Shown in pieces: positions 43,727 to 56,426 of a stretch of DNA of 64,000 bases. The notes beneath the pieces were generated by a model that searched no databases, was not told where the DNA came from, and worked only from the letters and a program-made list of their open reading frames with translations. Source of the DNA: Auanema rhodensis (taxonomy: Eukaryota > Animalia > Nematoda). The DNA lies in the NCBI GenBank assembly GCA_964057225.1, contig OZ059898.1, positions 12,524,001-12,588,000 of the forward strand. Direction: 5' to 3'. The translations under genes were made by a program, and so were the position numbers. Positions within the stretch are counted from its first letter, which is position 1; each line of letters begins with the position of its first letter.

Positions 43727-46700
43727 AATATTCTCCTATGTAACTAATTATTTTAAATACTCACACTATATAAACCAAAACGACTCATACTCTTTTCATT
43801 TCCCTTCATATTAATATGTCAAATAATTAACTAGAAATAATATTATTTTTGTTAAATTAAGGGATATTCTCAGAGAACAAGTAGCTAATACTACTTCTTT
43901 GAAACTATGTATGTTTGCCAACAGATTACCTAAAAATAAGAAAAAAAATAGCAGAGAAATAAAAAGAGAGGAGAGAAAGAAAAACAGAAAGAGTATGAGA
44001 GAGATAGAGAGGTAACCACTGTTAACTAGTGATCACAATGTATGTCTTTAAACTTCTTTTTTATACTTTAACAATTATTTTTTTTGCTTTATACGTTGTA
44101 CGAAACACATCAGGCAACCATTCCTAGCTCGGTAGAAATGTTTTTCAGATGACAAAAATAAAAAAAAATGATTTGGTGACAAAACAGTTTTGAGGTTTTT
44201 GTTCACGAAAAAAAAAATTTTTTTTTGTGTTCACCATGCTCGCAGCAGCTTCTGAGTGTTTGAGATTGTTTGATAGAAGTATTAATCAATTTTATCAAGA
44301 AAAATCACAAAACGAAAGAGAAAATTCTGTTTGATAGTTGTAAATTACGACAATTCAAAAAAACAAAAAAAGAACAGAAGTTTGAAGAAAATATCGGCAA
44401 TGGTTGACTAATTCTCCGAAACTTTTCTTTCATCACCTTCTGAACCATAAGAAGCAGAAGATTCAATGTTAAATATTGCTAACGATGAGGAAAAACAAGG
44501 AAAAGCATAAAAGCAAAGAAAATAAAAAGTAGAAGAAGATGAAGAAGAAGAAGACGACGACGAAGACATTGTGGGAGAGAATCATGATTTTTGATGATGA
44601 CGTCCGTAATGATAACAAAAGAACGAACATTATCTGAACGACAAGGAAGAGGTTGATGGTTTGTGCGGCAAAATGGGATTAAAAGCTTGGGGTTTAGAGC
44701 ATTTTTTATGTTTTTTTCCTTTTTATAAGGGCAATGCTAGATAATATTGTAATGATTATTCATTCAATTTTGAACTTTTTTTTATTCTTTAATTGAAATA
44801 CATCTCAATACTATGTTGTTGATGAACAAAGTCTATGAATGTTGATGTTCTAGATAGTATATTGGTGTAGTAACCCAGCAGCCAAGTCATCTAAAACTAA
44901 TGATAATGAGAAAAAAATAGTAAAAGAAGAGAACAAAAGACCAGACTATAGAAAACTATTGAGCAATTTCAATGGGAGGTTGTTCATCATCAGCATCATC
45001 ATGGCCATATGCTTTAGCTTTTTCTTTTTTTTATACGCTTTTAAGACTGAAAACTAATTGTTAAAGAGATTTTTCTTCATCTCATCTGTGTTGTTTGCTT
45101 CAACAAGACGCATCATATATCACAAATTGATACTAGTATTATATAATTCGAGAGCAAAATATAAGACAATACAACTGAAAACAGAATACAATGCTGTTTG
45201 AAACGATATAGAATCTATACGACCAAGACAGACTGCAGACAAATGATAATGATGATGATGATGATGATGATGATGACGACGTTGACGAGCTAGATGCAAC
45301 CGGTCGACGTGTACGGGCCCAAATTCGAATAGCAATACGAAGGTTTTGGCGAAAAAAGCAAAAAAACGTCAAGTTGGAGCACATAACAGAGCATAGCGAA
45401 TAGTCTAAACGCTATGAACTTCGATAAATAACAGAAATTCGTGTGAGAGCAAGTTGTGAAGCGAACCTTCATTCGTTTGAACTTTCAGGTTGACATGAAT
45501 GTGAAGAAACTAATGATATTTGATACATTCGGAAAAGCAAATTACACACAAATACGGGCACCGAATGATTAGAGCTTGTTGAATGTTTGAAAGAAATAGT
45601 TGAGGATAAGAGGTATAGCTTTCATCGAAACGCTGAAAGTTTTACCTTGAACTATGAGACCAAAATGCATTTGAACTGAGAAGACGAAGAACCTGTGAGG
45701 AGAAAAACTACAGAGCAATGATCAATCAAACATAAAGTATGCATGACATTGTTATCATTTGAAAAAAACAATGATCTCAAAGAAACAAAGTGCCGACAGG
45801 AAATTCACTTGTGTCTTTAAGTGAAAGAATGCCGATCAAATTTATCAATGTGTAAGGAGAAGCATCGTCAAAGCCATTGAAATAATGTTCATATATGTAT
45901 GCTGAGCTTCAGCGAATTAGATAGAAGCTGGATCACGAGGAATGTAAACCACAATGGAAAGCCAATCAGTCATAACACAGCTGAAGGGATCTATGACCAC
46001 CCAGGATATGATGAAGAACAATTAATGAACATTAATGGCAAAAAGGAAAATAGCCGGAGAACAAGAGAAATGGATTAGTAAATTGCTGATAGCAACAGCA
46101 GTTTGACAATCTCTTTAGCTAGCTTATTCATTATTTTTAAATACAAAAGTTTTTTGGAGAATCAGATGAGGAGAGAGAGAGAGAAGTAGAGAGAGAAAAA
46201 GGGAGGGTGGAGACAGGTACATGAAAAGAAAGAGAGATTGAGCAAGAGAGACAGAGCCTTAAGTAGAAAAGAGAAATTGTCAGGTAACTCTTATACAATG
46301 AAATCATATGCTAAAAGAACAATGCCAAAATATTTTCAAAGAGAATGAGGAACAGAGTGATCTAAACGAAAAAAAAGTTATAATATTTGGGTTTATAAGA
46401 TTATACACATAATATATAACTTCAATTAAATTTAAAAAAATGATCAAAACGATTATATGGACAAAGAGGAATGGAATTTGAGAAGAAAAATGTTGGAAAA
46501 GGTAGAAAAAGGTATGTAAGGAAATAACAAAAATTGATTTGCGGTATAGAGTGGAGGTGAATAGACCAATTAATAGAAAAGAATGAAAAAAAGGGTTCAA
46601 TAAAGCATTTGTGATTGAAAAAATAATGAAATTTGAAATAAAATTGAGGGGATTTCTATGATTTACTTTGAAACAGAAATTTTCTTATTGACATGTTTCA

Positions 46701-46839
46701 TCTTATTCAAAAATTGGATAAGATGAATAGCATGAGTTAATAGACTATAAAAGATCTATGAATAGTTCGCAATGTTAAGAATAACAAAAAAGACCGACTG
46801 GACGATGATGTAAGAAGTTTGAGAGAGATATGAGCATGA

Positions 46840-46893
<54 letters not shown>

Positions 46894-49501
46894 CAAGAGG
46901 GAGGAAACCAACAACTTATTGGTTGAAGACTTCAGACTCCAATAAGACATAGAGCTTTCCATTAACATGATGTAGCAACAGAAACAAAAAAGCAAAAAAG
47001 CATTGAAACGGAACAGACCGATATACTACTTCACGCTTTCACTGTGGTACAAATTTAGAAGAATTGGTAAATGAGTTATGAGAGAAGTTGGTTGAAAATG
47101 AGACAAGCAATACAATCTTGGAAAATTAGAAAAAAAAGACGACGGAGGACAGAAGCATAGTATATGATATACTCAGATCCTAACAACAGATCAACGTAAG
47201 TTAGGGCATGAAAATGAAATACAGATAAGCTTTATGTCTTGTTGTTTGATCCCTGAGTGATCTTGTAAGTACGTTGAGTACTTGTTGAGAGTTCGAACCT
47301 ATGCAAACGAATGTTGCAACAATAGGCGTTGAAAACTGACCAAATGAACATAGAGCATGAAACATGAAACATCGGATGAAATCAGGCGGAAGTCTTATTT
47401 CACACGTACTTTTGATCCGAGGGTCAGTCCTCGTTTTCGTCTTCTTTCCAATTCAACTGCTGGACGATGCCGCGAGAATTTGATTGAGATTGAAAAAAAA
47501 GAGCAGATATAGTGGATGGATACAGCACAGGATACATCATGGAGCACATGAACCTCATCGTCGTCAACATACAGCAGAGAATTAGAATTACGGGACATCA
47601 GAAGTCACATAGAAAAGAAGGATACAAGCAAAAAGGGCACAACGGATGATAGTTACACAGAATCAGATAGAATAAGCTGAAAAGTAAGGAATAGCTGAGA
47701 AGTATCACGAGCAGCATGTGAATACAATAATTAGAGCCAGGTTGAGCGAAATGAGAAAGATAGAAGTAAAAATTGAAATAATCTGAATAAGATCTATCCA
47801 GAAATTTAAAATATTAAATTCAAATCATTAATATTCTTGGAGAATAGATTAAACCAATCTAATTTATGCTATTAAAATATATAAAAAGAAATTTCTTTTT
47901 AAAATCAAGAAAGATAATAATGATTAAAAATTCATAAGATGCTGGAACAATATACATATTTCTGAGAAGTATGAGAAAAAAGTTCAACATGTAATGAAAT
48001 TTTCATAAGGAACGATTGACGAAATGAAAAGTTAGAATTGAAACATGAACGATTGTAAATTATATAGAACAGAGATTGAAAAGTCAATGAATTTCGTTCA
48101 GAAATCAAATAAAAATAGACGAAAAAACATGTGAATCTTCACATCGACTCCCCCACAAACTATGAAGTGTGGGCCGACCAATAGGACCTTTGAGGTCAAA
48201 TACAAATGTGAATATGGGAGAGGAGTGAACTCGAAATACATTCTCAATACAATATGATCAAAACGATATTTTTTGAAAAATGGTGAAGATGGATGTGCTG
48301 TGTCTCTTCTTATTGTGCAAAACATCATTAAAGTTGAAAAATAATTTGGGAAAATCAGCTTATAGAAGCAAAAAGCTGCTAAAGCTTCAATGAAATATTG
48401 GTAGAAAAAATCTTTTTTTCAATATTTTCGTAGAAAAGGTACAATGAAACATTGGTTTAATAAGCTGATTATGAAAAGAAAAATATGGAATTTTCATTAT
48501 TCTCCAAGTGTTAAACAAGAGATTTATGGCGATGATATGTGAATGCGATTTTGAGGTAAAAGGGGGGGGGAGGGAGGGAGGGAATATATTAGCAAGAGCA
48601 GATATCTTGAAAAATGAAAATGTTGATGTAATTACGTCATCAGAATGAAACTTCTGAATATTAAAAACACTATGATACATAGCTAAAGGTATAAATAAAT
48701 AATTTTAAATATAAGCATAATTCTAAAAATAAGTTGTACATGTAAGTTTTAAGCTTGTGTCTCATCTTCTATCTATAACAGTAATCCTTATGAACTACCG
48801 AAAATGAGAAAAAAAAAGAATGAAGTGAGCTAAAAACGAGAAGAAAAAAGATGAATATCAACTGTTTTGACTTTTCCAATTTAAAAAAAAATGAATGTCT
48901 AGGAAACAAAAAGACATATGAAGTGGTGTGTGTATGTGTATGTATGTATGAGTGTATATGGGTATGTGTATGTGAGAGTATATATGTATATCTAGATATG
49001 TACATATATGTTTGAGATATATTCAAAAAAATATAAAGGAAGCATCATTCTAATCACGTAGAGCGTAGAGTATGATGTTGATGCTGTTGCTGATGATGAT
49101 AATGATGATCAGTTGATACTGATGAACGGAAGTACAGGAGCATTAACATCATACTTCTTCTCAAAAATCAAAAAAAATGTTGTAAACTACATGAGATGAA
49201 TGATGTAGGATGGTGTTATGCATGAAGTTACATAGAATGCCTAGCATGAGCAAAGTTGTTGTAAGCACATGGAAGATGCTCACATGTCCAGTCCGCGATA
49301 ACTAGTATACAGCAATAACTTTAACTACATTTCAAACTCACTTCTAGCTTTTGTGTTTGTGTAATCGAAAATAAAACCTGAAAAATGACATTTGATACTA
49401 AAAAAGTTTAAAAGGAACTGAAGAATTTCGTTTAAATTACGTACAAGTAGAAGCTATTACGTAAACTATGAGACATCATATATTGAGAGTGCAAATGAGA
49501 T

Positions 49502-49549
<48 letters not shown>

Positions 49550-50427
49550 AGGGAGAGAAAGAATGAAAGAAAGAGAAACTTAGAGAACGAGAAAGATAGA
49601 GAGAATGGAAAAGAGAAGGAAAGAAAGAGAGGTGGTGTGAGAGAGAAAAAGACTGAAAAGACCAAAAAAATGGAAAAAGAAATATGAAACATCGTGAGCT
49701 TCACGAGTAAAGAAATGGCTATCTGAGACGGGAGAAGAAAGAATAATTCTATGCGTGTTTTACGAAAAGTATAACCTGACTAAAGAGTTAGAAGCAAAGT
49801 AAAAAAATATACAAATAGAATAAAACTGGGGGTGAAAGATATAATGACATGTGGTGAAAATAGAAGAAGAAAAATGAAATTGAAGAGAGAGGGTGGAAGA
49901 AAGTGAGTAGGAAGCGCAATGACATCCTACTGATATTGCCAACTTTTTTTCCTCTTTCTGCATATTTTGTTCTTATTTTAGGAGTTTTCTCTGTATCTGC
50001 GGCATGTTCAGCCTAGTTCTCATCCTAAATAATGTCCTCTTTGTCATTCACTATGTCAGGTTTTGCTTAGTTAATTCAACTTTCTGAAGCTTTTGTCGTC
50101 TTATTCAAAGCCATCATCTAACTTGTTCTGATGATCTTTCTAATGTAGTTAGTACATGACATCAGATGTTCTCATACTGTTCCTCATATCCGGTTTAACA
50201 TTATAAAATCTGACGTTCCGATTGTTTTGAATACGAATTCTCTGTTCCCTCCCTATTTCTCTTTTCTGTTCATATCGACTCCACTAGCACCAACAGCGCG
50301 CATATTTCTTTTGCAATATTTTTACAAAAAAAAATTATTTTGAACCATGAACTCAAAATCAAAGAAGCTTTTGCATTTCGTATCAAAGAAATATTTTAAA
50401 TGGACAAGTAGTTCAACATATAGTTGA

Positions 50428-50534
50428 AAAGAGAAAGAGAAAGAGAGAGAGGGGGTAGGGAGAGAGGAGAGAGAGAGAGAGAGAGAGAGAGCGGGGGGGA
50501 TAGGGAGAGAGAGAGAGAGAGAGAGAGGGTAAGC

Positions 50535-50567
<33 letters not shown>

Positions 50568-50600
50568 GGGGTAGGGAGAGTAAGAAAAAGAGATAGAGAG
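50428..50600. repeat. Compound polypurine tract, (GA)n interrupted by GGG(G)TA/GGGATA units
   Basis: Directly visible ~170-bp near-pure purine strand. Confidence 0.9.
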
Positions 50601-52500
50601 ACACCTCAAAATCTGTCAACCAGAGATTGAAGATACTTTATATAGTATGGAACAAATGTAAAAAAATGTTTGTATAATTGAATTTTTTTAAAAAAAATCA
50701 ATTTTTCTGGTTTTTCTCTAGTAGATGGTTTAGTGAGATATATAGCTATATATATATATAGTATATAAATATCACATGAATCAATTAGTAGACTTAATGC
50801 TATTAATCTAATTTTATTTTTAAAAAAAACAAAGCAAGTCTGCAAAAAAAAGTAGAAAATATCAAATAGAATTATATAGTTTTTGTTCAATTTTTGACAA
50901 TTTTTGATGGCAAAAAAAAACTTTTTTCTTGTGTATATCTATATATCTATTTTTATATAGATATAGATATATATATAATAAGTAAGTCAGGATATTAATA
51001 GCATTAAATAGCTTGTTTTGATAAATTAATGAAAGGAAGGAAGATGAAGCATGTGTCTGATGTACATTCAAAGACAATAAGTTCATCTAACTTGACATAA
51101 AAGTATACTAAAATAAACTTTTACATATAAAAGTACGTACAATTAATTCTTTTTCTTTCAAACTCATAGGGCATTGACTAATCAACTATGGTTCAGATTC
51201 TCATTTCTTATTCGTTGATAATAATAATAATTAGAGGAAAAGCAAAATAACCTTGATTTTATATTTAATTTTCTTATTTTTGATATTTGCAATTGAATAC
51301 TATTACTCGAGGCAATGTAAAATTGAAAAAAAAAGAATAATTTACATCAATATCAGGACATAGCAAGCTGAAAGGTCTATTGGGTATCTACTGTGCTTAG
51401 CCAAATAACTATCCAACCAAACCAGATACAATATGTTATTTTCTCAAAAATATCTATGTAAACACATGTATACGTATATGTATAGTCAAATCAGATTATT
51501 ATGTAATATATATTACAAATATCATTTTTAAATTTATTTATTTCCCGCCTCTCCTTTTACCTCTTTTTCTCTTTTCGTTTTCCTATTCTGACTCTCTGTT
51601 CTTCTAGATCTCACTATTTGAACAGAAAAAAACCATATCTCTTCTAGATATTCAGATATGTTTATACAAAACAAATTCAAAACCTTGAGCGTCATTAAGA
51701 AGCGAGAGCTTAGATGACAACAACTGAAGCGAAGAAAAGATGATGAGTTGGAATATGTTACAAGCATCATCTAAAAGCTATAAACATGTGTAAATAAAAA
51801 CCCCGTTCGAACATATACAAACTAACAAATAAAAAGAAAATAATAAATTTGACTCTATGTGGAAGAAAATGGAAAGAAAAGAACGCTGAAGAAATAGCTA
51901 GATAAAGTTCTCAATATGTGCAGAACACAGTAGCTTATTTAACATAGAAAAGTAGCTTACTTTAGCTGTCAACATACAATTATTTCTTTTTCTTCTTATT
52001 TTTAATATGTATAGCCCTCTATGCTATATCTCTTCTCTCTAAATGCTTATTGTGTCCTATCATCACTGGTACTCTCTTACATTCTTATTATATATTTTCT
52101 AAATAATTCCTTAATCTATAGAGAAAAAAAAATTTTTTTTTTTGCAGCATTACAGATTTGCAACAACGTTTAATTAACTGCCAATCTATTCCAAAAATGC
52201 TTTTAATATTTCTAAAACACAAAAAAAAATAGTTTAATGATTTATAATGAATATACATTGAAAAGTGAATTTGATCAGTCGTTTTTTCTTCTTTCTTAAC
52301 ATACTAATTGAAAATTGGTGAAAAGCAGGAAATTCTATTCGGAAACAACATAAACGTGATATAACAAGAATCTTATGTTTCATTTGAATAAAAAAAAGAT
52401 AAAATCGAGCCTTCTTTGGCTCATCGTTTTCAACGTCTACATAGACATACAAATATCAGGTGATATACATGTACATGCATGTCTCTTTTTTCCTTTTTTC

Positions 52501-52505
<5 letters not shown>

Positions 52506-52556
<51 letters not shown>
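52506..52556. repeat. (CT)n microsatellite
   Basis: Directly visible. Confidence 0.95.
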
Positions 52557-52558
<2 letters not shown>

Positions 52559-53060
52559 TTCTTTCATTTCTCTTTCTCTCTGCCTTAGTTTCTTCTATCC
52601 ATTTCTTAACTCCATCCTCATTCTCTCTTTTTTTGTGTTTATTATCTCACTCACCTGCAAGCACTGTCATGACACTTCTACCAATCTAATAACAATAGTC
52701 TCATATTCTTACAAAAAATATGTAAAACCCTATTTACAACATCACAAAATAAACAATGTTTAATAATTCTATTGCTATTTGATGCAAAGCTTTAAATATT
52801 GTGACAAAAATCAGAGACAACACTAATATATATATATTTATTTGAAGAATGTATAGGTATAATATGTAATATGTAATATATACATATATATATATATATA
52901 TTATGCTATATCAATATAATATTTGAATAATTTTTTTTTTGCTGACTATGCATTCTTCCATATAATATATTGTAATTGTCATTAGCTAATGAAGAAAAGG
53001 TTCAATTCAATTTGAGAAAGTTGGATAGAGATGAAGAGGGAAATAGCAGAGACTACAAAT

Positions 53061-53337
53061 CAACCGATCACATTCATCACAAGTCAAAAAATGAATTGTG
53101 CTCAGAAAGGTTTACGTAAACGACTAAGGAAGTTCACGTAAGCCACTAAGGAAGTTCACGTAAGCCACTAAGGAAGTTCACGTAAGAGGCAGAGGAAGTT
53201 CACGTAAGCCACTAAGGAAGTTCACGTAAGAGGCAGAGAAAGTTCACGTAAGCCACTAAGCAAGTTCACATAAGCCGCTAAGCAAGTTCACGTAAAAGGC
53301 AGAGGAAGTACACGTAAGCGACGGAGTAAGTTCACGT
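53061..53337 (-). repeat. 22-bp minisatellite (10 units, 53123-53337) attached to a CAACCG box; expanded bipartite element copy 7
   Basis: Unit ACTAAGGAAGTTCACGTAAGCC with variant GCAGAGGAAGTTCACGTAAGCC, preceded by CAACCGATCACATTCA at 53061. Confidence 0.9.
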
Positions 53338-56300
53338 TCAGCATTAAGACAGTAACGTATTTGATAAAAAGCATTCGTATACGAATCTGATTTTCGAGCA
53401 ATACATAGCAAAATAAAAATGAATAAAATGGATTCTACAAAAAGACTTTTTTTTCATTTTTTATCTGCTTCACTAGACAAATTATTTTTTTTTTGTTCTG
53501 TAAATGATCATAAACATTCATACATTCATATTCGACTTCAAAGACTCCAAATATATACTTTATAATATATAGTAAATAAAAAAATGAGAGAAAAAAAAGA
53601 TGAAAAAAGAAGGAATAAAAGTTTGAAAACGAAACAATATTATATAGCTCGCTCTAGCATTAATGACCATAGGTAAAGATAGAATGGAAAATAATATCTT
53701 TGTGAATGATTTTCCTTTTAAGAGATGAAGAATCGTCCCATCAAAACTTTAAGTATGTCTTACATGTTCAAGCTGAAGGTAAAAGGAACTTTGTGAACTT
53801 GGTGAAAAACATTCAAACTTTAGTAGGATCTTAAGAAAATGGTCTAAGTATAGAATTATGCATGGTATAGTATGTATTAACGATTTGAGCACAAGTGTAA
53901 GTAAAAGAAAGTTTTTATATGAAATTGGATGATTCGTAAAGGAAAATTGAATGTTTTGGATATGGATACACTTGCGCTTGACTACCATTCATGCTGACGA
54001 TGATACGTGAAGAATTATATAATAAATTTAAACTATCGTTATATATATATATACATATATATTATAACAATAAAATAGAAAAACAGATTATCATAGTTTA
54101 TAGCTTAGGTGAGTGTATGGAGAAAAGGAGCTGTGGGAGCGTGAGGGAGAGAGAGAGAGATAACAAGACGAAGTAAAAGGAATCTGAGAAGTCTAGCTCA
54201 GAAAAGACCAGTTCCTTATGTCCTTTCAAGGCCTTAGGAATGGCATTTGTTGACATGCCGTGGGCCATCTATGGATCTCCAATTTCACTTAATTCAATTG
54301 TTAAACGTCATCTCGTTCAAGTTGGAATAGGCTGCAGAAAAAATATTAGAAATTGGAGCAAGTATAATGCATTTAAGATCAGAAGATGAGACAAGCTGCC
54401 ACAGTCGACACATCATTAATGATTTGATTTCAGGCAAATATTCGCAACATTTCAACGAAAACGGAATAACTTTAACGATAATATGTTGGAAACAGGAGAT
54501 GTGTGCGGTAGAATAATGCATCAGCATCGATGTCCGTCTGCCTGTCTGTGTGTGAGCACACATATGTGTGTGTGTATGTGTGTCTATTGAGATTCATTTC
54601 ATAGATCATACCTAATGAGCCTTAAAGATTAGGTTTCAAGATGGTTTCACAGTTTTTTCTTGCTTCCTTTCGCACATATATCATCATCATAAGCATCTCT
54701 CTTTGCTTTTCCAGCCCATTTTTGAGGATCGGCGCTCATCTATCACATTCACTTTACGTTTAGCACTTTTTTTCTGAATTTCACTAAAAAATTCACACTT
54801 TTTTTAGCTATTTTCACTTATATTTCATCTCTTCCTCTCCTCACTCACTTATTGCGTCAGTTATCTGTTCTTTGAACCTTTTATGACAACTTTCATACAA
54901 AATTGGCTACACAAGAGTAGATCAAAAGACAATTCATGTTTGAAAAAAACATAAAACAGGAAAAAAAATGTATTTTTTATATTCTTAGATCCGAATGTAT
55001 TAATGGTCGAGAATAAGAAAATAAGTGATATCACTATGAATCTACTGAATTATACAGTAAGAAAAGCCTTGTGTCAAGTTCTAAAGATATGTATGTCTGC
55101 TTGTTTGAATAGATTGTTGTCTTTCAATAGAATAAAACAACAAAAGATATTTTAATTTAATAAATATATGATCTATCAACTTATTCGTTGAAGCTTTTAA
55201 CCCAAATAATGATATTGGCATGTCTTTCATCTGAATCATATCATATTCAGTTAAACTTAATGAAAGCTTTTACACTATATCTTTCATGTATGTATACTAT
55301 ACAATATGAATATGTATATATTACATATAGTTATTTGACTTTATAGAAATTATTTTTCAAAATTAAATAGCAAAATTCATCCTTAAATAGAACTTTATAT
55401 AGAAATTATATACTTAAGTTCGAAGAATATGTATCAGTTAACAATTCAAACATGAGCGTCAAATGACAAATTATCAAATTTTTCGGCATATGAATTTGAT
55501 TCGAACTAATTAGTCTGTACAACATGAACAACAAACATCTTGATGTATATACATAGATATTAACTGTATAATTTGAATAAATTAAATATAATTATTAATA
55601 TAAAACTAGTGAATAGTCAGGTTTGTTCAATGAAATTCAATAAACAACAATTTCTGAATGTTCCGACTGATAGAGCATTGTGTTTGATGTAGATTCAGCA
55701 GAGACGTTTATCTCTATCTGATATGATATGAAGCAATGATTGTCTATTTTCTTCACGAGAAAACAATATGAAACAAAAGTTATAACACAATAGAAAATCA
55801 ACATTGTACATTGAAATTTACAAAAATAAATTTTCATATATTCTGCAAGAAATATACTGAGCATGGGAAATAACTGGAAAATAAAACGGAAGAACAGAAA
55901 CCTCAGAAAAGAATACGGAATCCGCCTTTGGTTTGCCAACGAGCAATAGCATAACGATCATGAATTATGTACAAAAAGTCCAGCTTACTCAGCATAAGGC
56001 AATCGGGATATGGACGCAAACTTTCTCATCTAAACTCCTCCGCTTTCCTTTCATAGATTAGCGCGAAAAAAAGTTTTGAAAAGATTTGGTGAACATAGAA
56101 GAGATAGGAGAGGAGTAGGAGGCATGTCACAGTCCAGAAATCTTAATGCTTAATCATCTTTGTAAAATATGCTAAACTACTGCATATGTGAGTACAAGGT
56201 TGGCAAAAAGTGGGAAGCGGGGGATATCCTCAACACATTATTCTCGAAAAATAATAATTAAGAGAATGAGATGATGAGAAATGATGTAGATAGTACGGAA

Positions 56301-56365
56301 AAGAGAAAAAAAAGAGAAAAGAATGATATAAGATATAATGGGGAGAAATAGAAAACACAGAAATA

Positions 56366-56426
56366 CAACCATTTCAGTAGTTTGCCAAAAATAAAATAAT
56401 ATCAGGGGATACGTGAATCTCACGTA
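56366..56426 (-). other. Degenerate bipartite element copy
   Basis: Reverse strand: TACGTGA, CACGTA, A/T spacer, TGAAATGGTTG (C-to-T change at the CpG). Confidence 0.5.

Noticed and set aside
45239-45403. 54-codon open frame TNDNDDDD...RIAIRRFWRKKQK on the plus strand
   Set aside because: Driven by a (GAT)n repeat, weak acceptor, no linked exon, and overlapping antisense frames are equally open.
53123-53337. CRISPR-like appearance of the 22-bp array
   Set aside because: Linkers are two recurring variants rather than unique spacers, the period is too short, the context is eukaryotic and there are no cas genes.
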